A stretch of DNA of 64,000 nucleotides from Macrostomum lignano (lineage: Eukaryota). Below are positions 13,280 through 25,679 of this stretch, piece by piece. The DNA lies in contig NIVC01000814.1 of assembly GCA_002269645.1 (NCBI GenBank), positions 372,001-436,000 of the forward strand, in the 5' to 3' direction. The translations under genes and the position numbers were made by a program. The notes under the pieces were generated by a model. It was not told where the DNA came from, did no database searches, and was given only the letters and a program-made list of their open reading frames with translations. The stretch's first letter is position 1. Each line of letters begins with the position of its first letter.

Positions 13280-14092
13280 TCATCTGAGGAAGGCAACCTC
13301 CAAGATGCTGACCTCAATATCTTTGGACTCCTTAAGATGATGGTTGTACGATCTGTTCAGATTGTATCGCAGATTAGCAACCTGACTGACGCTATAGTCG
13401 CGACCTTCCACCATAGCGCTAGCAACGTCATCGTTGCTCATCAGCTTCCGAGCGCAGGCCTGCCTCGCGCGATGCATCACAAATGGCATTGTGGTAGTTT
13501 TGTGCAACGAGAACACTAACCCACAAGAAGCGGCAATACCGGCTTCTAAAAAAGCAATATCGATTCCTTTCGATGATGTTGACTGTCCTGCTTTCTTGTT
13601 CCTCCTATTACTATTGCTTTTGTGACTGAGTTTCGCGTCGCTGTAAGTGCCAAACGGTGGATTGGTCACAACCACATCGAACTGTCTTTGATGAACTAGT
13701 CCAGCCGACAGGCGAGTCACATCCGCCTGCAGCAGATCCCAGTTCGCTGATACGTCATTATCATCATCATCGTTGCCAGGTGAAAACAGCTCCATCAAGT
13801 TGGAGCGGCAGAGGTCAAGCGAGTCGCTGTCAATATCGACTCCGCACACGTAACCGGAGCCCAAAGCCAGACAGCCGGTCATGAGGGCGCCGGGACCGCA
13901 GCCCAGATCCAATACGGACTGCTCGGCAGTGAAGCAATTCCAGCGCATCTTGGCATCGTACAGCCAGCTGGCAGCCACCTCGCCAGGCGTGGCGTATTGC
14001 TCCCAACGCGATTGAGGATTAGCAAATGTTGGCACCTGTTGCAGCAGCGATTCTAACTGTTTCCGATTGCGAACCAGAGGCTGTACAGGGGC
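13280..14092 (-). CDS. METTL5: METTL5, 18S rRNA N6-adenosine methyltransferase. One coding exon starting at a splice acceptor, no in-frame genomic ATG at the N-terminus
   Basis: LESLLQQV..EQYATP, VLDLGCGPG (SAM motif I), VVTNPPFGT (NPPF motif), GIDIAFL and FSLHKTTT are the METTL5 signatures. Confidence 0.92.
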   Translation of the reverse strand, partial: APVQPLVRNRKQLESLLQQVPTFANPQSRWEQYATPGEVAASWLYDAKMRWNCFTAEQSVLDLGCGPGALMTGCLALGSGYVCGVDIDSDSLDLCRSNLMELFSPGNDDDDNDVSANWDLLQADVTRLSAGLVHQRQFDVVVTNPPFGTYSDAKLSHKSNSNRRNKKAGQSTSSKGIDIAFLEAGIAASCGLVFSLHKTTTMPFVMHRARQACARKLMSNDDVASAMVEGRDYSVSQVANLRYNLNRSYNHHLKESKDIEVSILEVAFLR

Positions 14093-14149
14093 CTGGAAGC
14101 GAGCCGACAAGTTTTAAGATAATCTAGGTTAATTAGAAACATTATTGCT

Positions 14150-14800
14150 GAGACGAGATGCGAGACTGGGGAGTGATTTAGTGAGAGGAGACCTGAGGCT
14201 GAGACTGATATGAGAGACTTGGCGAGAAGAGATCTGAAACTGAGATGAGAGATTTAGTGAGAGAACATCTGAAACTCAAATGTGAGATTTGGTGAGAAGA
14301 GATTTGAGAATGAGATGTGAGACTTGGCGAGAAGAGATCTGAAACTGAGACGAGAGATTTGGTGAGAGGAGATCTGAGATTTAGATGAGAGGAGATGTGA
14401 GAATTGGTGAGAAGAGATCTGAAACTGACATGAGAGACCTGGCGAGAAGAGATCTGAGATTGAGATGAGAGATTTAGTGAGATGAGATCTGAGACGTGAG
14501 ACTTGGCGAGAAGAGATCTGAAACTCAGATGACAGATTTGATGAGAAGAGATCTGAAACTAAGATAAGAGATTTGGTGAGAATAGATAAGAGACTGAGAT
14601 GAGAGATTTGGTGAGAAGAGATCTGAAACTGAGATGTGAGAATTGGTGAGAAGAGATCTGAAACTGAGATGAGAGACTTGGCGAGAAGAGATCTGAGATT
14701 GAGATGAGATCTGAGACGTGAGACTTGGCGAGAAGAGATCTGAAACTGAGATAAGAGATTTGGTGAGAAGAGATCTGAAAGTGAGAAGATATCTGGCAAG
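14150..14800. repeat. Degenerate GA-rich minisatellite upstream of METTL5
   Basis: Recurring GGTGAGAAGAGATCTGAAACTGAGAT. Confidence 0.85.
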
Positions 14801-15389
14801 ACGAGTTTTGATTTTCATAGAAATCAAGCTAGTTCTGTTGATTGTTAATTAAAAAATCAAAAAAGACAGTTGATTCTCTTTCGAAATTTTTGTTAAATTG
14901 ATTTCAAACAAACATTTCAATAATACAGTAATTAAGTAGTATATTTAGAACATCATACTCGAACACAAGTTTTAGCAGCCACTATTAATAAGAATTTAAT
15001 TTATTAATGTACTTTTTATGCGATTTTTCAAGTTAGCAATTTTTCATAAGCAAATCATTATCCTCAAGTAAAGTACAGGAAATGCATTTGCGAAGCACGA
15101 TTCATATGGACAGGCAAATACGATGTTTAAATACAATAATGATTGCATGTAGAAAATTTACATACTCTTAATCATAGGAGCTTCGCAGATTGTTGAGAGT
15201 TCTAGGAGTTCGTAGAGAGCCACATTTATGGAAGATGACACAGGCACATTTAAGGAAGAAGTAGCTTTTAGATCGTAAGGAGCTACATCTGTAAAATAGA
15301 ATATGTGCTGAAAAAATCGTATATCCTTATAAGGGAGTCAAATTTGTGGAAGAGAGTACATTTAAGAGACTGTAGAGAGCCAAATTTTC

Positions 15390-16208
15390 GGAAGATGACA
15401 TGTTTCAAGAAATTGTAGGGAGCCACATCTGTAAAAGATTATTTGTGCTAAAAATCGAAGAAAAGCACATCTGTGGAAGAGAATATATTCTAAGAGAGAG
15501 CGTACAAAGCCACATTTTCGGAAAGAGGACATGTTCTAAGAAATCGTAGGGAGCCACATCTTTAAGACGACACGCGCTAAAAATCGTAGGGAGCCACATC
15601 TGTAAGAGGACACGCGCTAAAAATCGTAGGGAGCCACATCTGTAAGAGGACACGCGCTAAGAAATCGTAGGGAGCCACATCTGTAAGAGGACACGCGCTA
15701 AAAATCGTAGGGAGCCACATCTGTAAGAGGACACGCGCTAAAAATCGTAGGGAGCCACATCTTTAAGAGGACACGCGCTAAGAAATCGTAGGGAGCCACA
15801 TCTGTAAGAGGACACGCGCTAAAAATCGTAGGGAGCCACATCTGTAAGAGGACACGCGCTAAGAAATCGTAGGGAGCCACATCTGTAAGAGGACACGCGC
15901 TAAGAAATCGTAGGGAGCCACATCTGTAAGAGGACACGCGCTAAGAAATCGTAGGGAGCCACATCTGTAAGAGGACACGCGCTAAAAATCGTAGGGAGTC
16001 ACATCTGTAAGAGGACACGCGCTAAGAAATCGTAGGGAGCCACATCTGTAAGAGGACACGCGCTAAAAATCGTAGGGAGCCACATCTGTAAGAGGACACG
16101 CGCTAAGAAATCGTAGGGAGCCACATCTGTAAGAGGACACGCGCTAAAAATCGTAGGGAGCCACATCTGTAAGAGGACACGCGCTAAGAAATCGTAGGGA
16201 GCCACATT
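15390..16208. repeat. 40/41-bp minisatellite
   Basis: Unit AAATCGTAGGGAGCCACATCTGTAAGAGGACACGCGCTAA(G). Confidence 0.95.
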
Positions 16209-16348
16209 TTGTGAAGAGAGTATGAGTATATTTCTATATGAGTATATAAATATTTAACGCAGAGCAAATAGGGCTTTCAAAGTTTCGAATGCGTGATAAA
16301 TTCTCCTTAGATATATTAAATTACAAAGATTAATCCACATTATTACTA

Positions 16349-16822
16349 TTAGTAGCGTCGATAGGACTTGCTAGCGGATCCACTGGAATTGTCTCCGTTA
16401 TTCCTATCGAAATGACGACTGTCTCGTTTAACACCGGCGGCAATATTTCTCGACGGTTCGTTGCGTTGATAATAATCGCCGTCTCGACTGTCGCCTCTGT
16501 GGTTGCCATGGTAACGCTGGCGCTGCTGATGCCGCCGACCCTCGCTAGTCCAGTCGTACTGCCGCCGGGGATTCCGGTACCAGCGGGTCACCACGGGGGG
16601 TGTTGGCGATTTCTCGCGATTCCAACAGGCCTGAAAGTCCGGATCCTGCTCGGTGAACCGGTGCTGGAATTTCATCTCTAATTGGAGGACGCTGAGACCG
16701 CCGGATGGCGGAGCTGCGGCTGCTGCGGTTGACTGCTCAACAGCTGTCTTAGAAGACTCTGCTGCCTCTGCTGTTGCCTGAGTGGAACTTTTCTCAGCTG
16801 CAGCTTCTTCTGGCATTTTCAT
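16349..16822 (-). CDS. RAMAC: RNMT-activating mini protein (RAM/FAM103A1)-like, single exon
   Basis: LEMKFQHRFTEQDPDFQ...SPTPPVVTRW resembles the RAM core FEEMFASRFTENDKEYQ...ESPPIVEEW. It is followed by an R/N/G/D-rich low-complexity tail as in RAM. Confidence 0.75.
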   Translation of the reverse strand: MKMPEEAAAEKSSTQATAEAAESSKTAVEQSTAAAAAPPSGGLSVLQLEMKFQHRFTEQDPDFQACWNREKSPTPPVVTRWYRNPRRQYDWTSEGRRHQQRQRYHGNHRGDSRDGDYYQRNEPSRNIAAGVKRDSRHFDRNNGDNSSGSASKSYRRY

Positions 16823-17244
16823 CAATAAATGAGTTGATTGCTTTATTAGGCCAGCCAAGTTGGTCTAGCGCTTCAAGTTAAGCAGAGCTGGCCGCGGTTA
16901 GTGCGCAGCTTAACTATCGAAAATTTGACTGCCTAAACTAACGCTTAACCTAAACTCTTATTAAATAAAACAAAACCTATCCTGTATCTAAACTATATCA
17001 TAAAACTAAACTAAACCGAATCTTAAACCCTAATCTAAACCTTTAATCTGGGGGTCGGCCAATTTCGGCCCACGAAGCCTCTCTATCCCGCCCTCGGGTC
17101 CTTTGAAACTTCACAATAGCAATCCGACCCGCTCAAGGTTTGTGTCTCTTCTCAGCTCTCTTCTCTCGTCTCTTTTTTCTTTTCTCCGTTCTCTTCTCCC
17201 TGCACAGCCTGTGATAGCATGTCAGCGGAATGGGCCACCAATAG

Positions 17245-18375
17245 ACAAGGGCGCCCACCTACGAGACAGGGGCACCCACCTAGGAGACAGGGGCGCCCAC
17301 CTAGGAGACAGGGGCACCCACCTAGGAGACAGGGGCGCCCACCTAGGAGACAGGGGCGCCCACCTAGGAGACAGGGGCGCCCACTAAGAGACAGGGGCAA
17401 CCACCAAAGAAGACAGGGGCGCCCACCTAGGAGACAGGGGCGCCCACCTAGGAGACAGGGGCGCCCACCTAGGAGACAGGGGCGCCCACCTAGGAGACAG
17501 GGGCGCCCACCTAGGAGACAGGGGCACCCACTTAGGAGACAGGGGCGCCCACTAAGAGACAGGGGCAACCACCAAAGAAGACAGGGGCGCCCACCTAGGA
17601 GACAGGGGCACCCACCTAGGACAGGGGCACCCACTTAGGAGACAGGGGCGCCCACTAAGAGACAGGGGCACCCACCCAGGAGACAGGGGCGCCCACCTAG
17701 GAGACAGGGGCGCCCACCTAGGAGACAGGGGCACCCACCCAGGAGACAGGAGCGCCCACCCAGGAGACAGGAGCGCCCACCCAGGAGACAGGAGCGCCCA
17801 CCAAGGAGACAGGGGCGCCCACTAAGAGACAGGGGCACCCACCAAAGAGACAGGGGCAACCACCAAAGAAGACAGGGGCGCCCACCTAGGAGACAGGGGC
17901 ACCCACCTAGGAGACAGGGGCGCCCACCTATAGGAGACTGGGGCGCCCACCTAGGAGACAGGGGTACCCACCTAGGAGACAGGGGCGCCCACCTATAGGA
18001 GACAGGGGCGCCCACCTAGGAGACAGGGGCACCCACCAAGGAGACAGGGGCACCCACCAAGGAGACAGGGGCGCCCACTAAGAGACAGGGGCACCCACCA
18101 AAGAGACAGGGGCACCCACCAAGGAGACAGGGGCGCCCACTAAGAGACAGGGGCACCCACCAAGGAGACAGGGGCGCCCACTAAGAGACAGGGGCACCCA
18201 CCAAAGAGACAGGGGCGCCCACTAAGAGACAGGGGCACCCACCAAAGAGACAGGGGCGCCCACTAAGAGACAGGGGCGCCCACCAAGAAACAGAGAAGAA
18301 ACAGAGGCACCCACCAAAAGATAGGGGCGTCCATTTAAAAGACATGGGCGCCCACCTAGGAGACAGGGGCACCCA
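17245..18375. repeat. 21-bp GC-rich minisatellite
   Basis: Unit GAGACAGGGGCGCCCACCTAG. Confidence 0.95.
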
Positions 18376-19064
18376 CAATGACTTTCCCACTCTCGTCAGA
18401 CCGTATACAGCACATTCTCATTATGTTTCGGCAATGAAAGCGTAAAGACAGTTAGTTTATAAAATAAAATTATGTTCAACTCTGTTGAAAAATTATTTAC
18501 GCACGTAGCTATACTTTCAGTTTTTGCAGCGCGCAGGTAGCCAAAAACTGATTGAAATATATAGGGGAGTTGCCTGTGTAGATGATGCACACACACAACT
18601 AGATGGCAGTAATAATAATATTAATAATAATAATAAAAATTATACAGAAATTCAATTTATCCAACGGCACAGGAACACCTACAAGAAAAGCACATGTCAA
18701 TACCAATAAGAGAAAATTACTGGATAGATGAAAAAATCACAAAACTGTAGTAGTAAGTTAGGCATATAAATAGCAAAATACAGAGATAAATATTATAGCA
18801 TCTACTTAGAATTTCTGCATGCACTTATTAATTTAAGAATCGAAATGAAGTGTGTGCATTTAAACACATTGAAAGCAGTTTAAGTTGAAAAAAAGCATTA
18901 TATTTTTCTCAAAATTTATAAAAAATTATAAGCAGACTGTTTTCTGCTATTTGGAAACATAAAAAGTCACAACCAAAAATTATTTTTGTCTAGTTTTTGA
19001 TGTTTTGTATATTAAAACAGAAGTTGATGTACTATTAAATTACTTTATTTAAGGACTCGGATAG

Positions 19065-19074
19065 TCTGTCTTTG

Positions 19075-19131
<57 letters not shown>

Positions 19132-19158
19132 TTCTGTCTGTCTGTCTGTCTGTCTACC

Positions 19159-19224
<66 letters not shown>

Positions 19225-19226
19225 CC

Positions 19227-19259
<33 letters not shown>

Positions 19260-19262
19260 TAA

Positions 19263-19316
<54 letters not shown>

Positions 19317-19378
19317 CCTGTCTGTCTGTCTGTCTGTCTGTCTGTCTGCCTGTCTGTCTGTCTGTCTGTCTGTCTACC

Positions 19379-19420
<42 letters not shown>

Positions 19421-19422
19421 CC

Positions 19423-19468
<46 letters not shown>

Positions 19469-19500
19469 CCTGTCTGTCTGTCTGTCTGTCTGTCTGTCTC
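19065..19500. repeat. (TGTC)n microsatellite
   Basis: Near-pure tetranucleotide run with occasional TACC interruptions. Confidence 0.97.
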
Positions 19501-19709
19501 CCCATCACAGCTGCAGCTCCCAAATTTACAAAAAACTGAATAACAAGAAAATAATGATACATCAGTTTAATATTGTTCCATGTAGATATTACATATAAGC
19601 AGATACACTTATAGTCAATATGTATAGAAGCAGAAATCTCTTATTCACAAGCGTGACTGAGGCCAGATTAGAGAACAATGGCACATCACAGATCGCCGCG
19701 AAGGCCTCC

Positions 19710-20963
19710 TCACTGGCGCAACTGAGCCAGTCGCTTGTTGAGCGCGTCCTCGCGCTTCCGCTCCTCGGACTGGGCTGACGCGGCCCCCGGGGTGGCTCCG
19801 GCGGCCGGTTCGAGCCCGGCCAATTGGTCGGCCACCTCCAGCCCGTTCTCGTCGGCCACCTGTTGAATCAGGGAGCTCACCTGATCCTCCGGGGCGCTTA
19901 GCGTCATCGCATTGCCCATAGACGATTCTACAGTCTGCGTGCGAACGTCTAAATCTTCGAATGTTTTCTCGAATTTGCCCATCACCTTTTCGACCTCCTC
20001 CAGGTTCATGCTGGACATGGCTCGCTCTAGGTCTTTGGTTACCTAGATTAAAGGAACAGCAACGGTTGCTATGGTCTTAAATTATGCTACATACTGGTAA
20101 TCAAAATACTAATTTGATATAAAATTCGCTTACTTAAGTTATTTACCCTACATATCGGCCATCTTACGTGGCAACTTAAAACACTAACTAAGTGTAGAAG
20201 ATGGAATAGAAGCTACAGTAAGATTATATAATTGTTCCCTACAAAATAATTTACGCTACATTTCGGGCACAGATACAGATAAACTACTGTTAGATCAAAC
20301 ATAAGTTATATAATATAATTTCAATTAAAAATTGCCCTACAAAGCATTTTTCGATACATATCGGCTTTTTTAACAGTATAATTAACTGTTAAATACTGTT
20401 AAATACATTTAACAGTATTCTGTTAAAATAAGGATAAATTTGTTTGTTTTCCTTTACTCTTATTAAGATAGAAATGTATAAACATCAATCGTACCTGTCC
20501 AATATTTTTAGTAACGCCCTTCATAGTTTGGGCAGTTTGCACTCTAGCAGCTACAGCGTCAATGCGGGCAGCAAACCGGAGATAATTAAGCGATTCGTTC
20601 TTCTTTCTGATGGCATTCTCGGCATAGATTCGAGCGCCTTCGACGTTGCGCTGCTGTAACGCTTTCTTAACTTTGGCCTGTTTAAAATAGGGAATTATTT
20701 CACAATTTTTGGTTAATAGCATATACTACTGTCAATATTTGCACCGCAAGTAAGTACGATAATTAGCGTTTAATGGTATCCTTCGTTAATAGCGGCAAAA
20801 ATGAAAAAATATATGCTGGTCTAGTGAAGAAAATAAAAATCCTCACCTGTTCTTTAGCCTGCTCCTTCTCAGCTTTGGCAGCGAGTCGAGACAACTGTTT
20901 ATTAGTCATGCGAAGATTAAACAATGTTTCTGTTAGATCGGGTTCCTTTCCAAACAGAGGCAT
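19710..20963 (-). CDS. CHMP1A: CHMP1 (ESCRT-III, CHMP1A-like). Exons 20963-20847, 20677-20495, 20042-19710
   Basis: [39 protein letters not shown]|[15 protein letters not shown] and C-terminal [13 protein letters not shown]. Both introns are phase 0 with GT/AG ends. Confidence 0.92.
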
Positions 20964-21699
20964 GATTGCGTGTCCGATAGAGTTTGCACTGAGCATGAAT
21001 AAAATAAAGAAATTGTTTTTATCGATACTACTTACTATGATCGCTTAAGTCAGTAGTATAAAACTAACTGAAAAAGAAAGAAATTTAGAAAAAAATACAA
21101 AAAAACAAGAAGCTACGGGTTAATTCTATTCTGTTGAAACTGAACTTTTAATTTTAAACTTGTTTTATATAAAAATAGCAGCATGGTGATTTTTGATAAA
21201 ATGTTTACAGGGTGATCTTTTCAGTTTTAGCAGGACAAAAATAGACTGAAAATACGAGTGTACATACACTGACACGATCTATCAGATTATTATATCAAAT
21301 TAGGCAAATCTGCAAATAAAATGTTTATAGAGAAAAAAATATTCTTTTTAAAATGTGCTTATTAAAGACAGTGTTCAACTTTGAGTAGGCGATAAAGAAA
21401 ATGCATAATAAAATTGTTTATCCAGACCGTATCATACTGGGCACAATAGGAATTTTGGCAATGCTTCTTACCGCTTATTGGTTGCAAACTATGATCGAAT
21501 TATAAAATCAAGTTATGCAGACGAATAACAGGACTGCTGGGATGACTGAACAGAAAATACAAACTAAAAGATAACTTTAATTAGATCAAACAGACCTAAA
21601 TACTAGGATTTATTGTAAGAGAAATTTGCAAATCGAAAAAATAAACAGATAAAATTATTAGATTTACAGATTTTGACTTTCAGGGTGACAAAGACTACA

Positions 21700-22100
21700 G
21701 AGATTAAGAGGCCAGTTATTGTCAGGGTGGAAAAGAGTACAGAGATTGAGACGCCGGTTATTGTCAGGGTGACAAAAACTACAGAGACTGAGAGGCCCGT
21801 TATTGTTAGTGTGACAAAGACTACAGAGAGAGGCCGGTTATTGTCAGGGTGACAAAGACTACACAGATTGAGAGGCCGGTTATTGTCAGGGTGACAAAGA
21901 CTACAGAGAGAGGCCGGTTATTGTCAGGGTGACAAAGACTACAGAGAGAGGCCGGTTATTGTCAGGGTGATAAAGACTACACAGATTGAGAGGCCGGTTA
22001 TTGTCAGGGTGACAAAGACTACAGAGAGAGACCGGTTATTGTCGGGGTGACAAAGACTACAGAGATTGAGAGACCAGTTATTGTCAGTGACAAAGACCAC
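21700..22100. repeat. 38-42-bp minisatellite
   Basis: Unit GTTATTGTCAGGGTGACAAAGACTACAGAG(ATTG)AGAGGCCG. Confidence 0.92.
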
Positions 22101-22179
22101 ACAGGCCAATTTTACATTAGGTAGTCATTTCAAAACAATTTTTACAATATTGAAGTAACACTGAAAAAAGTTAAGCATC

Positions 22180-22719
22180 CTATTTTCTAGACGAAGCAAC
22201 CCGATCCAAAAAGGCGGCATTTGCCTGGCGCATTTGATCACGCCGTTGTTCAGTCGATAATTGCTGCTTTGGCGGCTCCTTTGATGTCTTATCAGCTTCG
22301 CCAGACAGTGGTTTACCGCCGGACATAGATTTAATATTTTTCGTTGCTCTCTCGTATTTAGCCAGCTTCCTACGCTTCATCTCGGCCTCTTGCTGCTCAA
22401 TAAAAGACCGACGAAGACTGCCGTTTGATGTTTCACCGCCGCCGCCGCCTAATTGTTGAGTGAAAGGCGCCGGTCTATTAGCTTCTACATAGGCGGCTAA
22501 TTGTTGGCTCTCCCGTTCAGCTATTTGTTGATTTAATTGTCGCCGCTCACTATTGGCTGGCAGTACGCTGTAGCTGCCCCGATATTCTAACTGCCTGCCC
22601 CCTGCCTGGCGCTGATTGGCTAATTGATCTGATTGGCTGCCGTCAGGATTGGCTGGGTTAACACCGCTGCTACGATTATTGTAAATGCCTGTTGGCTGAG
22701 CGTTGGAATCGCTGTACAT
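22180..22719 (-). CDS. EPSTI1-like coiled-coil protein (179 aa), single exon
   Basis: GSYSVLPANSERRQLNQQIAERE...NRP...LGGG and RRDQMRQANAAFLDRV resemble the two conserved EPSTI1 blocks. An acceptor (tgtacacag) lies 2 nt before the ATG. Confidence 0.65.
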   Translation of the reverse strand: MYSDSNAQPTGIYNNRSSGVNPANPDGSQSDQLANQRQAGGRQLEYRGSYSVLPANSERRQLNQQIAERESQQLAAYVEANRPAPFTQQLGGGGGETSNGSLRRSFIEQQEAEMKRRKLAKYERATKNIKSMSGGKPLSGEADKTSKEPPKQQLSTEQRRDQMRQANAAFLDRVASSRK

Positions 22720-23431
22720 TGCTGTGTACACAGAAATATGTGTAAATAAATTTAAATTTAAATAAGCAAGATTAAACAAGGAGAAAAAAAACAAGGTTTA
22801 GTGCTATGATCTTTTTTATTGATTTATCTATCTATTTGTCTAACTACGTATCTATCTCTATCTATCTATCTATCTATCTATCTATTTATCCAACTATATA
22901 TCCACCCATCTTTATTCCTCTTTATCTCCATAATATACTACATGTAGCACTCTCCGGAATTCCGACAGACTAAAAAGCCAAAAAAGCATCAAGGTAAACA
23001 ACAAAGCATCAAACTGCTTGTCTTCCGAACAAAAAACTCAGATGGACAATATTGTCTGGCTGTTTATTTGTTTTATTATCGCGGTTCCCTTTTCGAGTTT
23101 TTTTTTAAGTTGCAGACTTATTAATTGATTTTAATTACTATATAGTTACTTGTACGCAAACACTGCGGCTACACAGCGGGGGTTTCTGAAATCAGAGTCA
23201 TTAATAGAGATATATTGTTTTCTCTAAAAGCTAAAGGAGTCAGTTATACTTAAGATAGACAGACAGAAGAGACAGGGTAGAATTGTGAGAATTAACTAAA
23301 GCATTTATCAAATGGCGACTTTTATTAAGTATTTGATGATAAATTATATGGCTATTATCTAGCGTATAGTTTTTATTAGAAACAGTATAGTTTTCAGTCA
23401 GTTCGAATAGACGAGGGCGACTCTCGCCAAC

Positions 23432-23782
23432 TCAATGGTAGCCTTCGTGCGGATAATCCAAAAATTTCAAACCCTCCTCCGTGTTCTTCATCGGCTTATG
23501 CGTCGGCACCCTAAAATAGCCGCTACCAAGCATTATAATCACGGTTGTAGCCGCCACAATTAAACCGGCGCCAAATACTTTGTTATACTTGGCGTTGAAA
23601 TGAGCGTAGCCTTCGCTATATTTCATAGTGGGTTGGATAATCTCATTCATAGAGATTGACCGGGCGGCCTCGGTGTAAGAATGATAAATGCCGACGTGCT
23701 TCTCGTGATGGCCGTGATGACACAGAGCCCGACGGCTCTGCCTGGTGGCTACAAGGCTGGCCAGCTTAAGGATTCGATTCAT
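23432..23782 (-). CDS. Small mitochondrial-type membrane protein, Deltameth_res/prag01-like (116 aa)
   Basis: Arg-rich, acid-free N-terminus resembling a presequence. SMNEIIQP..YSEGYAHFNAKYNKVFGAG followed by one TM helix matches the prag01 pattern (MDDLPVP..W...YN...G + TM). Confidence 0.55.
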   Translation of the reverse strand: MNRILKLASLVATRQSRRALCHHGHHEKHVGIYHSYTEAARSISMNEIIQPTMKYSEGYAHFNAKYNKVFGAGLIVAATTVIIMLGSGYFRVPTHKPMKNTEEGLKFLDYPHEGYH

Positions 23783-23929
23783 ATTTGCTTTTTAAAGAGT
23801 TTTGGTTGACATGCATTGGTCGGGTGGCGATGGTTTTTAATAATCACTGAATTTAATGTACAGATTTAATTTAGACCAGTTTTATAAAACTTTACAAGCT
23901 TGATTTTGACTATAGATTACCGCTAGATT

Positions 23930-24705
23930 AGACTAGACCATAGACTATAGTGTCGCTAATATACCATAGACTAAGTGCGCCACTATACCGTAAACTATAG
24001 TGCTGCTAGACCATAGACAGTAGGGTGCCACTAGACCATAGACTCTAGTGTGCCGCTAATACCATAGACTCTAGTGTGTCGCTAATACCATAGACGCTAG
24101 TGTGCCGCTAATAACATAGACGCTAGTGTGCGGCTAATAACTTACTCTAGTGTGCCGCTAATACCATAGACTCTAGTGGGCCGCTAGACCATAGACGCTA
24201 GTGTGCCGCTAATAACATAGACTCTAGTGTGCCGCTAATAACATAGACTCTAGTGTGCCGCTAATACCATAGACGCTAGTGTGCCGCTAATACCATAGAC
24301 GCTAGTGTGCCGCTAATAACATAGACTCTAGTGTGCCGCTAATACCATAGACGCTAGTGTGCCGCTAATACCATAGACGCTAGTGTGCCGCTAATAACAT
24401 AGACGCTAGTGTGCCGCTAATAACATAGACTCTAGTGTGCCGCTAATACCATAGACGCTAGTGTGCCGCTAATACCATAGACGCTAGTGTGCCGCTAATA
24501 ACATAGACTCTAGTGTGCCGCTAATACCATAGACGCTAGTGTGCCGCTAATACCATAGACGCTAGTGTGCCGCTAATACCATAGACTCTAGTGGGCCGCT
24601 AGACCATAGACTCTAGTGTGCCGCTAGACCATAGACTCTAGTGTGCCGCTAGACCATAGATTATAGAGTGCCGCTAGACCATGGACTTACAGAATGCCGC
24701 TAGAC
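23930..24705. repeat. 26-bp minisatellite
   Basis: Unit CCATAGACKCTAGTGTGCCGCTAATA. Confidence 0.95.
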
Positions 24706-25679
24706 TAACCTTAGTGTCTACGGGCTTTAATATAGCTGTGTCTTGAGGTACATCTGTGTATAGATGAAAAAATAAAAAAAGTAAAAATCGGAAAAGCCAT
24801 ATATTAACTATTAGAACTCAAAATGAACAATATTAACAATGTATTTCTGACTTTAGGTTTAGCATATATGATATAAAAAATTAAAACAGAAGAGTAAATT
24901 TCGTACTACACATACTACGCATACTAAACTGGCCAATTTTTGTATTATTTAAAGCAAATTGAACATAAAAAACAGCACAGTATCTGCGGATATCAACTTC
25001 ATACACATCAACACTTTTGCAAGAAATCTAAGCTTTGATGAACAACAATTGCATGAACTATTATCGTGGGGCAACTGAAGGTTTAGCCATTGAAAAAACA
25101 CTTGCACAAAAAGGCACAATGACCTACAATGGAACTATAATAGTATTTGTGTGCGTTTGACTGAGAGGTATGTTAAAAATTAATTCCTAGCGCATGAGTG
25201 ATATATAAAATGAGTAAATATCATCAGAGTGTTATTATACTCGTATCAAAACAATCAATGAATTAAATGTCTTCACTTGGAGTATTGTATTTCTGTGCAA
25301 CACAGAGAAGGCAAAAACAATAGCGCTAAAAATGACAGAAAAAGGATATATTATTATTTATTGTTAGGAACAGCTTACAAAACAATCGCAGAGCGTACTC
25401 ACTACTGGAAGCAATGTATGAGTATATATATATTAAACAAAGATTCAAATTAAATATGCTGAGCATAGGTCACAGATACCGGAATAACAAGATACGTCAC
25501 CCGCAAAATATGCGTTCATTTCGTTTTTTTCTGTAGCAAAATTGGCTGTTTTCGGTTTTATAATTTTATAATAAAAAATTCTTAGATTTTGCAAGATCGA
25601 AAATTTTACGACCAAGCAAGAGAGACAAGGGATACCAGACCGATAAACAGTTTGGCTTTCCTCTTGCCCAATGGTGTCT

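Noticed and set aside
14093-14142. Small cis intron letting the ATG at 14142 start METTL5
   Set aside because: AT|GTTTCT...ccag|G recreates an ATG, but in the wrong frame. The alternative acceptor gives no ATG.
16940-17050. Telomere-like CCCTAA/CTAAAC tract
   Set aside because: Too degenerate and short to call an interstitial telomere.
17103-18390. RRQGRPP / GGRPCLL repeat ORFs resembling basic or proline-rich proteins
   Set aside because: All frames of a 21-bp minisatellite are open and there is no splice or start context.
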